From: Nitrospirota bacterium
GTDB lineage: Bacteria > Nitrospirota > Thermodesulfovibrionia > Thermodesulfovibrionales > Dissulfurispiraceae
Length of the DNA stretch: 64,000 nt
NCBI GenBank assembly: GCA_963790025.1
Contig: CAWBMP010000003.1
Coordinates: 192,001 to 256,000 of the forward strand
Direction: 5' to 3'
Shown here: positions 47,141 through 56,384 of the stretch, one piece after another
Numbering within the stretch: position 1 is the first letter of the stretch
How the letters are laid out: the number at the start of each line of letters is the position of its first letter
Translations under genes and position numbers: made by a program
Notes under the pieces: model-generated
What the model saw: only the letters and a program-made list of their open reading frames with translations
What the model was told of the DNA's origin: nothing
Databases searched by the model: none

Positions 47141-48559
47141 TTAACCTTGTTTTTTTAGTAACTCTGTTATTTTATCTATCTTCTGTTCAAATGATAACTT
47201 GTTTTTATTCACTGTCGCGGCGATTACAATCCTTGCGCCGCTTTTCTCATCCCTGAGCCGGACCCATATCCTTGCATGGCCCATGAAGAATGTGGCATAG
47301 AGACCCAATGCCATAACCAGGCAACCCAGATACACGACCCACACCCCCGGGTCTCTCCTTACCTGCAAGCCCGTATATTGAGCGCCCCAAAGATGTGTAA
47401 ACTCCACAGTACCTTCAGTCACCTTCCAAGTCTGGGGGGACCTCACCAGTATCCACTGCCGGTATTTCAGGGAGCCGTGCTCTGTAAATTCAACAAAGAC
47501 TGCCGGGTTAATCATCATGTTTGCATATGTATAGAGCTTACCGGACTCGTCCACCCCGAGGGCAGGACTGAAGTCAACAATTCTGCCGCTTATCTCAGTG
47601 CCGGGAATGGTAAATGATTCTCCGAATTTAAGATTGACCTCTTCTTTTTTCCCGGCAGTCGATGTTACGGTAAATTGAAATATCGCATTCCTGTTCGGAG
47701 CGTAGCCGTAATTGGCCTGATAAAAAGCAATGCCCCTGAAGCGTAATGGGTTATTGACATCTATTTCTTTTCTTACTATTTCTCTGCCCCCCTCCAAAAT
47801 GCTCAGACGGCTCTTGAAGGCCTTGGGGGTGTCCGTATTATCATAAAATTCCGCATTAAATTCGTCGCACCTTATTTCAAACCCGAGGGGGACAGGAGTG
47901 CCATCGCTTTTATAGGCATCTCTGGAGGTGCTCCCTTCCGGCAACTGTAACGATGCATTGAAACCAAAAAACATACCTATAACTGCACCGCCCAGTATCA
48001 GCAGGATACTTAAGTGAGTGACATAAACGCCGAGCCTGCTGAATCTGCCTTTCTCCGCATATAACTGTACAGCGTTATCTTCCTTCCGGACTGCCGCACG
48101 AAACCCATATTTCTTCAAGATATCGCCCGCGTGTTCCGAGGCTTTCCCCATTTGCCCTTTTAAAACGATCTCTCTCTTTATCGACATGACCTTCATTTGT
48201 TCAGGAGTAAGCGGCTTTATAGGCTCCCTGACAACTTTCAGTATTTTGGGAAGCCTGTCAATGGAACAGACAACAAGGTTTGCAGTAAAGATAAACAGAA
48301 GCGCCAGGAACCACCATGAACGGTACATATCAGTAAACCCGAGCGCATCCAATACGCGAAAAGCCGCAGGTGCAAGGCCTTCGCCTACGAATTTTGACAG
48401 CAACTTTATGTTTCGCTCCGGTTCTGTCTGCTGTTCAAGTATAGTGCCCACAACAGAGGTAAGCGCAATTGTGGAGAAAACCACTACCGCAAGCTTTATG
48501 GATGAGAACAACTTCCAGATCTTGTCGACCAAGCCCTTATTTTCTTTATCGCCGCTCAC
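47141..48559 (-). CDS. resB: System II cytochrome c biogenesis protein ResB/CcsB
   Basis: SVVGTILEQ, YRSWWF, NLVVCSIDR, GVYVTHLS, VNNPL, TGLQVRRDPGVWVVYLG. Confidence 0.95.
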   Translation of the reverse strand: MSGDKENKGLVDKIWKLFSSIKLAVVVFSTIALTSVVGTILEQQTEPERNIKLLSKFVGEGLAPAAFRVLDALGFTDMYRSWWFLALLFIFTANLVVCSIDRLPKILKVVREPIKPLTPEQMKVMSIKREIVLKGQMGKASEHAGDILKKYGFRAAVRKEDNAVQLYAEKGRFSRLGVYVTHLSILLILGGAVIGMFFGFNASLQLPEGSTSRDAYKSDGTPVPLGFEIRCDEFNAEFYDNTDTPKAFKSRLSILEGGREIVRKEIDVNNPLRFRGIAFYQANYGYAPNRNAIFQFTVTSTAGKKEEVNLKFGESFTIPGTEISGRIVDFSPALGVDESGKLYTYANMMINPAVFVEFTEHGSLKYRQWILVRSPQTWKVTEGTVEFTHLWGAQYTGLQVRRDPGVWVVYLGCLVMALGLYATFFMGHARIWVRLRDEKSGARIVIAATVNKNKLSFEQKIDKITELLKKQG

Positions 48560-48582
48560 TTTTAATCATTACCCCCTTACTG

Positions 48583-50397
48583 TCAGTAAAGAATCGCTTT
48601 AATCGGAATGATCGCGGTAAAAACCGAACCCTTGCCGGCCCTGCTCTCGACTTGAAGACTGCCCCCAAGAATTTCAGCCATTTTCTTTGAGATTATCAGT
48701 CCCAACGACGAATGGGGAGAAGCTATATCTTCGAATAAATGCTCCATTTCATGGCTGCTTAACCCTTTTCCGGTATCGGCGACCGAGATCTCGATATACT
48801 CCACCCCTTCCTTTAACCTTTCAGTGGCCAATATGGTGATAGTTCCAACACCCGTATTTTTCACTGCATTGCTTGCAAGGTTCAACAGCAGCTTTTTGAG
48901 CAGGGACCTGTCCGTATGCACCATCTTGGTAATAAATACTTCCTGACAATCGACAACCACTTCTATTTCTTTCATGCCTGCAAGTTCCTTCACACTCGAC
49001 GCAATCTCATCAAAGAGCTCGCACAGATTAAACGGTTCAGAGGCAAACACTTGTTTCCCTTGAGTCAATTGGGCATAGTCATGGAGATTATCCACAAGGA
49101 GCAGAAGGGCCTTCGAAGAAGAAAGCATGTCATAGAGCGCCTTTCTGCTCTGATCATTGAGGTGTTTTTCGCTCTTGATCACGCCTTCCGCCGCCCCGCT
49201 AATAGAATATAAAGGGGTCCTTAATTCAGAAGAAATATTTACAAAAGGGGCCGTGGGCACAATTACCGATGACTTGAGGCTTGCCCCCTGCATCGCCTCC
49301 TTAGCCATCAATTCTTCGATCATCGACTCGAAGGCCTTTTTCAACTCGAGCAATTCCCCTTTGTAATCTTTACCCAAATTGATATTATCTAGACCGCCTT
49401 CGGCAACAGCTTTAGTTGCATTTATTAACCTGGCAACCGGCTTTGAAATGAGTTTCGACCCTGAATAAGAGGTCTTAAACACCAGGACGATAATGATCAA
49501 ACCGGAGAATATCGCACACAGGACCAAAACAATTATTAACGGCTGCAGAACCTCTTGCTTATCAATCGTTGCAATAAGCCGGAAAGGGGCGTTTTCGAGT
49601 GCAACAACGCAGAAAAACAGGTTATCTCTTAACCGGACCACGTTTCCAGTTTCATTTTTTGGTAAATTGTATTTTACTAGTTTATCGGGAAAACCTTTTC
49701 GCGTCAGGACCAGGTTTCCTTCACTATCGAGCATCTCGATTTTTTCTGTTTTATATACGCCTCTCTCCACGCGCAGAAGTCCGGCAAGCTTGTCATCATT
49801 TGGAACACCATAAATGAGGCCTATCATATTTTTCTCGTTATCAAAGACAGGAGCCAGGAAAACCACGCGTCTGTCGGCGCCATATAACACACGTACTGAC
49901 GGGGATTGCAATTCTGTTATTGTGCTCGCGACAAAGTCTCTGTCCGACCAGTCACTGCCTATCAGTTCTTTCTGTGTGCTCGAAATAATTGTCCCATTCT
50001 TTAATAAGAGAGCGAACATTTTCCATGGGGAAGAAAGCACCATATCATCAAGCAATCGCAGCGTCGCTGCCCCGGCCGTCTGCCTCATCGCATCAGCTGC
50101 TTCCCTGCGCTTTTTTGTTACAGTTTCAGGGGCCGTATATGTGAAAACTGCCTCTCTGATAATATCGTTTTTTGAAAGATATTCAATGCTCTGTTTTCCC
50201 TGCTCAAACCACATATCAATGGGCAGTTTTTTCTCGGAGACAAGATTTATCAGATGTTCTTCAGGCAAATCCCTGAAAGGGTTCTGGGGACCCAGGTAAT
50301 AAAACCCGGCACAAAAGGCGGAGAACACCATCAGCATGAAAAGGAAGGGGAAAAAAAGCAGTTTAGTCGCAATTTTCTTTAAAAATGGCACTTTCAT
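48583..50397 (-). CDS. Membrane sensor histidine-kinase-like protein with degenerate H-box
   Basis: TM, Cache-like region, TM, HAMP; ISSELRTPL; NLASNAVKNT, VADTGKG, SSLGLIIS, GKGSVF. Confidence 0.85.
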   Translation of the reverse strand: MKVPFLKKIATKLLFFPFLFMLMVFSAFCAGFYYLGPQNPFRDLPEEHLINLVSEKKLPIDMWFEQGKQSIEYLSKNDIIREAVFTYTAPETVTKKRREAADAMRQTAGAATLRLLDDMVLSSPWKMFALLLKNGTIISSTQKELIGSDWSDRDFVASTITELQSPSVRVLYGADRRVVFLAPVFDNEKNMIGLIYGVPNDDKLAGLLRVERGVYKTEKIEMLDSEGNLVLTRKGFPDKLVKYNLPKNETGNVVRLRDNLFFCVVALENAPFRLIATIDKQEVLQPLIIVLVLCAIFSGLIIIVLVFKTSYSGSKLISKPVARLINATKAVAEGGLDNINLGKDYKGELLELKKAFESMIEELMAKEAMQGASLKSSVIVPTAPFVNISSELRTPLYSISGAAEGVIKSEKHLNDQSRKALYDMLSSSKALLLLVDNLHDYAQLTQGKQVFASEPFNLCELFDEIASSVKELAGMKEIEVVVDCQEVFITKMVHTDRSLLKKLLLNLASNAVKNTGVGTITILATERLKEGVEYIEISVADTGKGLSSHEMEHLFEDIASPHSSLGLIISKKMAEILGGSLQVESRAGKGSVFTAIIPIKAILY

Positions 50398-50487
50398 ATA
50401 TATCCCAGGTTTTGTCTATTATTAATATTAAAAAACAGCAATATTGTTAAGATTACACTATTATCTACTGATGATGCAATAATGAAG

Positions 50488-52008
50488 CTACAGGGATTCG
50501 AGGGTTTTTATCAATGCCTCAGCCTTTTTCAGCGTTTCGTAATACTCTCTTTCAGGGTCCGAATCCGCAACAATACCTGCTCCAGCCTGGACATAGGCAT
50601 ATTTATCTTTGATTACAAAAGACCGTATGATGATATTCAGGTCCATAGCGCCTGAAAACCCGATATATCCAAGAGAGCCGGTATAAGGTCCTCTGGCAAC
50701 AGGCTCAAGTTCGTCGATTATTTCCATACACCTTACTTTCGGCACGCCGGTAATTGTGCCGCCGGGGAATGTGGCCCTTACGAGATCGAAACATGTTTTA
50801 TCGCTTTTTAGGAGGCCCTTGATATTTGAGACGATATGCATGACGTGCGAGTAGTCCTCTGTTATCATCAGTTCGTCTACCACGACGCTACCGAACTCGG
50901 ATACCCTTCCGATATCATTTCTCTCGAGGTCAATCAGCATTATGTGCTCTGCCCGTTCTTTTTCATTGAGCAGCAAATCCGATCTCATCCTGGCGTCCTC
51001 GGTAACGCCGTGGCCCCGCGGCCTCGTTCCTGCAATCGGCCGCGTTTCAATAATGCGGTCTGTAACCTTAACAAGCCGTTCAGGCGAAGAACTGACAACG
51101 CTATAGCTGCCGAAATCGGCAAAGGCCGCAAAGGGGGACGGATTTATCCGTCTCAGCATTTTATAAATATCCCAGGGGTTGACAGCATCAACAAATGACG
51201 AAAGCCTCTGGGAGAGATTCGCCTGAAATATGTCCCCTGCGGCGATGTATTCTTTCGCTTTTCGGACCATGTCCATATAACGGCCCTTGGTCAGCTCATA
51301 CTGCAACCCTGAAGTGCGGAAATGCGGAAGTGCAGAAGCAGACTTCCGCGTTTCCATATTGTGTTGTCCTTCAGTGGCCAATAAGTCCTTCAGCTTATAA
51401 ATTGTCTCATCCGCTTCTTCATAAGCACTGTTCCAATCGATGTCTGCGGCATCCCTGTATCCGGCTTCCGTCTGCCTGGCGCCGGGGGCCATTATAATCC
51501 ATGTCTTCTTTTCAAAATGATCAAAGGCTATTACCCTGTCGGCCATCATAAAATGGACATCCGGAATATGGAGGTCGTCAACGGCGTTTCCAGGAATATC
51601 TTCCAGATATCTGACAAAATCATATGAAAGCAACCCGATAGCGCCACCCTGGAAAGGAGGAAGTTCAGGGACAGCACGCTGGGGATATGCGGAAACAAGC
51701 TCGCTCAGTCGTTCCAGCGGGGGCCTGAATGAAACGGAACTCTTTTCTTTGTATGCGGAATGGATGTGCACTTCACCGTTTTTGGCTTCGAGCAGCAAAT
51801 ATGGTTCAAATGCTATGAATGAATAACGCGCGATTTTGAATGAGCCCCTTACGCTTTCAAGGAGAATGCCACGATGCAGTTGCAGGGATGATGAAAGCAG
51901 TTCATAAAAGAGATAAGGTTCATTATAAGGCACCTCGACAAAGAGCGGCGGGATGCTTCCACTTCCGGCGAGATCCAAAAAATCTGTTTTGGTCAGGTTT
52001 AATTTCAC
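50488..52008 (-). CDS. Chorismate-binding enzyme component I (PabB/TrpE family)
   Basis: LLES, FQGGAIG, GDIFQANLSQR, NPSPF, SSSPERL, PIAGTRPRG, AEHIMLIDLERND, FPGGTITGVPK. PabB versus TrpE not resolved. Confidence 0.9.
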   Translation of the reverse strand: MKLNLTKTDFLDLAGSGSIPPLFVEVPYNEPYLFYELLSSSLQLHRGILLESVRGSFKIARYSFIAFEPYLLLEAKNGEVHIHSAYKEKSSVSFRPPLERLSELVSAYPQRAVPELPPFQGGAIGLLSYDFVRYLEDIPGNAVDDLHIPDVHFMMADRVIAFDHFEKKTWIIMAPGARQTEAGYRDAADIDWNSAYEEADETIYKLKDLLATEGQHNMETRKSASALPHFRTSGLQYELTKGRYMDMVRKAKEYIAAGDIFQANLSQRLSSFVDAVNPWDIYKMLRRINPSPFAAFADFGSYSVVSSSPERLVKVTDRIIETRPIAGTRPRGHGVTEDARMRSDLLLNEKERAEHIMLIDLERNDIGRVSEFGSVVVDELMITEDYSHVMHIVSNIKGLLKSDKTCFDLVRATFPGGTITGVPKVRCMEIIDELEPVARGPYTGSLGYIGFSGAMDLNIIIRSFVIKDKYAYVQAGAGIVADSDPEREYYETLKKAEALIKTLESL

Positions 52009-52017
52009 TACCTGGTA

Positions 52018-52743
52018 TTACGCGGTCAGCATTTCAAGAGAAATAAGCTCCAACGCCTTTTCCGGGTCCTCCTGCTTTAGTATACCCCTGCCCATTACAA
52101 TGTAGTCTGCTCCGTCCCGCAGCGCCTGTCTGGGGGTTGCCGTCCTCTTCTGATCGTCAGGAGGGACCCAGGACGGTCTGATACCAGGGGTAACTACAAG
52201 AAAATCCTTTCCGCATTGGCGTTTTATCATACCGATTTCATGGGGCGAGGCGACAACGCCGTCAAGACCCGCGTCAAATGCAAGCAGGGCCAGGTTTTTT
52301 ACGTGGGTTTTAAGACTGTAATGGATCCCCAGTTCACTCTTAAGGATTTCGGTATCAAGGCTTGTGAGGGCTGTTACACCTATAATCCTTGGTCTCTGGA
52401 TGTTTTCCTTCATGCACAACTCGCCAACTGCATCCCTGCACTGCTTCATCATAGCAAGTCCGCCGGAGGCATGAACATTGAACATATACACACCGAGTCT
52501 CACGGCGGCCAGAGCAGCCCTTGTAACAGTATTGGGTATGTCATGGAACTTTAGATCTAGGAAAACCTTCTTGCCTTTTTTCTGTATCTCCCCGACAATA
52601 CCGGGACCTGCAGTGACAAAGAGCTCAAAGCCGACTTTGAATACCGCTGCCTGGTCGCCGAGCCTGTCAACAATATCGAGTGCCTTCCCGGGATCGGATA
52701 CATCGAGTGCCACAATGAGCTTATTTTTCCAGGAGAGTTGCAT
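52018..52743 (-). CDS. pyrF: Orotidine-5'-phosphate decarboxylase
   Basis: LIVALD, FKVG, VFLDLKFHDIPNT, VTPGIRP, DDQKR. Confidence 0.97.
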   Translation of the reverse strand: MQLSWKNKLIVALDVSDPGKALDIVDRLGDQAAVFKVGFELFVTAGPGIVGEIQKKGKKVFLDLKFHDIPNTVTRAALAAVRLGVYMFNVHASGGLAMMKQCRDAVGELCMKENIQRPRIIGVTALTSLDTEILKSELGIHYSLKTHVKNLALLAFDAGLDGVVASPHEIGMIKRQCGKDFLVVTPGIRPSWVPPDDQKRTATPRQALRDGADYIVMGRGILKQEDPEKALELISLEMLTA

Positions 52744-53291
52744 TATAATTTCGGTAATGTAATCCCGGTCTGCGCCTGATATTTCCCGGACTTATCCTTG
52801 TATGATGTCCTGCAAACTTCCGCCGCCTGTAAAAAAATCAGCTGTGCAATGCCTTCATTTGCATAAATCTTTGCCGGGAGCGGTGTTGTATTGGATATCT
52901 CGATCGTGACATACCCCTCCCATTCAGGCTCCAGGGGGGTGACATTGACTACAACACCGCACCGAGCATAGGTTGATTTGCCTAGACATATCACCAGCAC
53001 ATCCCTTGGGATTTTGAAATACTCCAGGGAGCTGGCCAGAGCAAAAGAATTCGGCGGCACAATACATACGTCGCCTTTGAAATCGACAAAACTTCTCGGA
53101 TCAAATTCTTTGGGGTCTATAACTGTCGAATTAATATTGGTAAAAATCTTGAACTCATCGCCGGTCCGCATATCGTATCCGTAAGAGCTGACGCCGTAGG
53201 AGATGACACCTTCTCTGACCTGAATTTCATGAAACGGTTCAATCATGCCGCGCTGCGCCATATCATGAATCCATCTGTCGTTTTTGACCAT
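52743..53291 (-). CDS. dcd: dCTP deaminase
   Basis: [38 protein letters not shown]. Confidence 0.97.
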   Translation of the reverse strand: MVKNDRWIHDMAQRGMIEPFHEIQVREGVISYGVSSYGYDMRTGDEFKIFTNINSTVIDPKEFDPRSFVDFKGDVCIVPPNSFALASSLEYFKIPRDVLVICLGKSTYARCGVVVNVTPLEPEWEGYVTIEISNTTPLPAKIYANEGIAQLIFLQAAEVCRTSYKDKSGKYQAQTGITLPKL

Positions 53292-53536
53292 TTAAGCTAT
53301 TCCTTCCCCGTCAATGTAAGTTATAAAATAGCACAGGGACACAGCGACAAGCAAACATATAAGGAAGGGACCGGCAGGGGCAGGCTCTTTCTCTGCGCGC
53401 TAAAACTACTTCAGTTGCCATCACTATATTTTCAAATTGCGTTATTCGTGCACATTCTCGGCTGGGGCTCGGCTCACTCACCCGTTCGCGTCCGCAAAAA
53501 ATCAAAGATTGTTTTGCGGACCAGTGCTGGCCCCTG

Positions 53537-53737
53537 TCACAGTACACCCGTGCTATCGCTCCGATAAAGAGTCTGCCCCTGAGAGGAAAAGGAGAAGCTT
53601 TTGACCTCAAATGGATAGGAGTAACCCAATAGATCGGCATCATAGGCAGGGCCTTGGTCAACAGCCTGGACCTTCCAAGCAGACAAAAGTAGCAGTCCCA
53701 AGATTATTAAAAAAAGCAGATCGGTATGCTTCTTCAT
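53537..53737 (-). pseudogene. Truncated 5' fragment of a secreted alpha/beta-hydrolase-like gene
   Basis: Signal peptide then YDADLLGYSYPFEVKSFSFSSQGQTLY, resembling from memory the N-terminus of a secreted alpha/beta hydrolase family; breaks off beside a hairpin at 53490-53521. Confidence 0.45.
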
Positions 53738-54020
53738 GGAAAGCCTCCCGGATAAGGCGAGGTAATCGCCTAACATTATTTTTTTGCTGTATGCGGTCTT
53801 TTTGATGAATTATAGGGGCGAAGAAGGAGAGTGTCAAGGGTTCAAGTTACTTCCTGTAAGCCTCGACAGTTGCAATTTTCTGAATATGTTTATTTCGCTA
53901 GAAACTATCAAAAAAAGGTATCGCCTGATCCTACTTATACTGGACTGTTTAGGATTCACGCAACTGCACGACAGTTACGACCAGAATTAGTAGCCCGTCA
54001 ACACTCGATTCAATACCAAG

Positions 54021-54050
54021 TTGACAAGAGTTCCACTTAAATAGTATAAA
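54021..54050 (+). promoter_or_regulatory. Sigma-70 promoter upstream of the riboswitch
   Basis: TTGACA (54021-54026), 18 nt, TATAAA (54045-54050). Confidence 0.6.
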
Positions 54051-54054
54051 AGAT

Positions 54055-54222
54055 AATCTCAAGGTGCCGTAAGGATTAATAGGGAATCCCGTGAGGCGGA
54101 AACGCTGATTCGGGAGCGGGCCCGCCGCTGTAACCGGGGACGAAAGCCGACTGAGCCACTGGAGTTAAACTCTGGGAAGGCCGGCAAGTAGGGCGATCCG
54201 GGAGCCAGAAGACCTGCCTGTG
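54055..54222 (+). ncRNA. Cobalamin riboswitch
   Basis: AGGTGC...AATAGGGAA...CCCGCCGCTGTAA...GCCACTG...GGGAAGGC...GAGCCAGAAGACCTGCC (B12 box), upstream of cbiZ/btu genes. Confidence 0.95.
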
Positions 54223-54362
54223 AGACTCAGTGATATGTTGCTGGTGACGGGACGTTCTTACAGGCAATGCCATAGAATACCTCCCTTTTTCCACTCAACA
54301 TTTCACCCATTACCACTCCTTGCCGTGGCTGGAAGGAAAGAGGATGAAGTAAATCAGGGTGC

Positions 54363-54402
54363 AATCCTCAGGGCATTTTTGCCTTGGGGATTTTTTTATT
54401 TT
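54363..54402 (+). terminator. Intrinsic terminator, probable riboswitch attenuator
   Basis: aatcctcagggca-loop-tgccttggggatt followed by a T-tract, between the riboswitch and the first gene. Confidence 0.7.
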
Positions 54403-54562
54403 CAGGAGAAAGAGAAAATGAAACAATTACACAATGCTGCTTCACTATTGCCGCTCACCTCTCTTTTTTTACTGTCATTTGGTTTGCTTATTGCGCAACT
54501 CCGGGACGATAGTGGACTGATCTTGCGATAATTTTTAAGGGTTATACATAAGGAGGTATAAC

Positions 54563-55387
54563 ATGAAGAAGTTAATTGTATCCTTAATGCTTTTTTTATT
54601 AATCCCCGTAATGGCTCGGGCGGTGGATATCCCCCTGCCTCTCGGCCTCAATGCAACGGCATACGTCATCAAGGCAGAGCGGGACGGCTTGTGGGAAAAG
54701 ACTCTGATTGTTCGCTTTCCCGAACAGCGCCGGACTCTTACCACCACTGATGGTTTCGTTGACGCAATGGCTGCCATAAATCACGCTGCCGATCCGTTGT
54801 TATGGGAAAAGCTAAGTAAGGAGTGCACGACGACAGAAAGTTGTAGCGGGAAGGAGTATGTCATGAAGGTTCAGGAAAAGATCGCAAAAGATTTCGGACT
54901 GAAAAGCACGGAACTGGCGCAGATGGCAACAGCTGCTGATATGGATAACCTTGCAGTCGTCACAAAAGAGTATAAGCCGTTTATTGTTACCGCACTAGTT
55001 ACCGCAGGAGCGAAAACGAATGCCATCAGAACCGGCGTTGACGAGGGCAAGAATATTGAGGTAGCGGAGCCGCACGGCACTGTGAATATCATGATCTTGA
55101 CCAATGCGCGTCTCACCGATGGGGCTATGGCGCGGGCGATAGTTACTGTAACCGAGGCCAAGACGGCCGCCTTTGAGGATTTGAAGGTTCCTAGCAGTTA
55201 CACCAAAACAGTCCAGGCGACTGGAACCGGCACGGACAGCGTCATTGTCGTTTCGGGAACTGCAGGCCCGAAGGCAACCTACACGGGTGGACACAGTCGG
55301 ATCGGCGAACTGATCGGCAAAGCGGTTTATGAGGCCGTGGTCGAGGCGCTGGGTAAACAGAACGGATTCAAAAAAGCGGACAGGTGA
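54563..55387 (+). CDS. cbiZ: Adenosylcobinamide amidohydrolase CbiZ family, with signal peptide
   Basis: MATAADMDN, VTAGAKTNA, GTVNIMI, TEAKTAAF, ATGTGTDSVIV; AGGAGG SD. Confidence 0.85.
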   Translation: MKKLIVSLMLFLLIPVMARAVDIPLPLGLNATAYVIKAERDGLWEKTLIVRFPEQRRTLTTTDGFVDAMAAINHAADPLLWEKLSKECTTTESCSGKEYVMKVQEKIAKDFGLKSTELAQMATAADMDNLAVVTKEYKPFIVTALVTAGAKTNAIRTGVDEGKNIEVAEPHGTVNIMILTNARLTDGAMARAIVTVTEAKTAAFEDLKVPSSYTKTVQATGTGTDSVIVVSGTAGPKATYTGGHSRIGELIGKAVYEAVVEALGKQNGFKKADR

Positions 55388-55550
55388 CTAGATGATGAAT
55401 GTCCTGAAATTATTGTTGTTCAAAGGAAAACGGCGTAGGAATAAGATGTGTGTTTATACTGGTGCCACTACTTAGACTATATCGGAATATGATTTATTGT
55501 TACGCTTTATATGCGCAAGCTATTAAATGTGATTTAATTGCGGGAGACAG

Positions 55551-56384
55551 GTGAAAAAATATAGTGTTCTGCTTGTTTTGCTTTTTAGTCTTAACTCCTT
55601 TCTGTTGACAAATGCTGCAGCCGAAAGTCCAAAACGAATCATTTTGCTCGCACCTAGTATAACGGAGATACTATTCGCCCTGGGGCTGGGCAACAATATA
55701 GTTGGAGTCTCCAGTTTCTCTGATTATCCTCCAGAGGCAAAAAAGAAGCCGACGGTCGGTGGCATGTCGAACCCTTCGATAGAGGCAGTGATCTCATTGA
55801 AACCCGATATAGTCATCATGGCGCTTGACGGTAACCCGAAAGAATTCGAAGAGAGGCTCCGCTCCCTCAAGATAAAAACCTATGTGTTCAGGGCAAAGCG
55901 GATTTCTGAATTGCCACAAGGTATCAGGGACCTTGGAGCCGCCCTTGGACAAAAAGAAAGAGCGGAGGCGCTGGCGGAGCATATTGAGACAGACATGAGG
56001 GCGATAAGTGTCAAAAGAGGAAACACAAAAAAAAGAAAGATCCTGTTTATTGTTTGGCCCGAACCTCTGATTGTTGCAGGCCCCGGCAGTATAGCGGATG
56101 ATGCGATCACTATCCTAGGCGGACAAAACATCGCAAAGGAAGCAAAGATTGCTTACCCAAAGTTTTCGATAGAAGAAGTCATCAGGAGATCTCCGGATGT
56201 CATATTCATCGGCAAGGGAGCTGGAATGATGGAAAGACTATCGCAGGGTCTTCTTGAAAAGCTGAATAAGGTCCCGGCTGTGAGAGACAAAAGGGTTTAT
56301 TACGTCGATGATTACCTCTACAGGCTCGGCCCCAGGACCGTAAAGGGAGTCGAGGAACTGGCGCGATACCTGGAGGCACGATGA
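55551..56384 (+). CDS. btuF: Cobalamin ABC transporter periplasmic binding protein
   Basis: RIILLAPSITEILFALG, DYPPEA, NPSIEAVISLKPD, RLGPR. Confidence 0.9.
   Translation: MKKYSVLLVLLFSLNSFLLTNAAAESPKRIILLAPSITEILFALGLGNNIVGVSSFSDYPPEAKKKPTVGGMSNPSIEAVISLKPDIVIMALDGNPKEFEERLRSLKIKTYVFRAKRISELPQGIRDLGAALGQKERAEALAEHIETDMRAISVKRGNTKKRKILFIVWPEPLIVAGPGSIADDAITILGGQNIAKEAKIAYPKFSIEEVIRRSPDVIFIGKGAGMMERLSQGLLEKLNKVPAVRDKRVYYVDDYLYRLGPRTVKGVEELARYLEAR

Noticed and set aside
54220..54531. 103-aa ORF, or a 37-aa ORF from 54418, in the riboswitch leader
   Set aside because: The long form spans the attenuator and the short form looks like an orphan signal-peptide remnant; no support as a functional gene.
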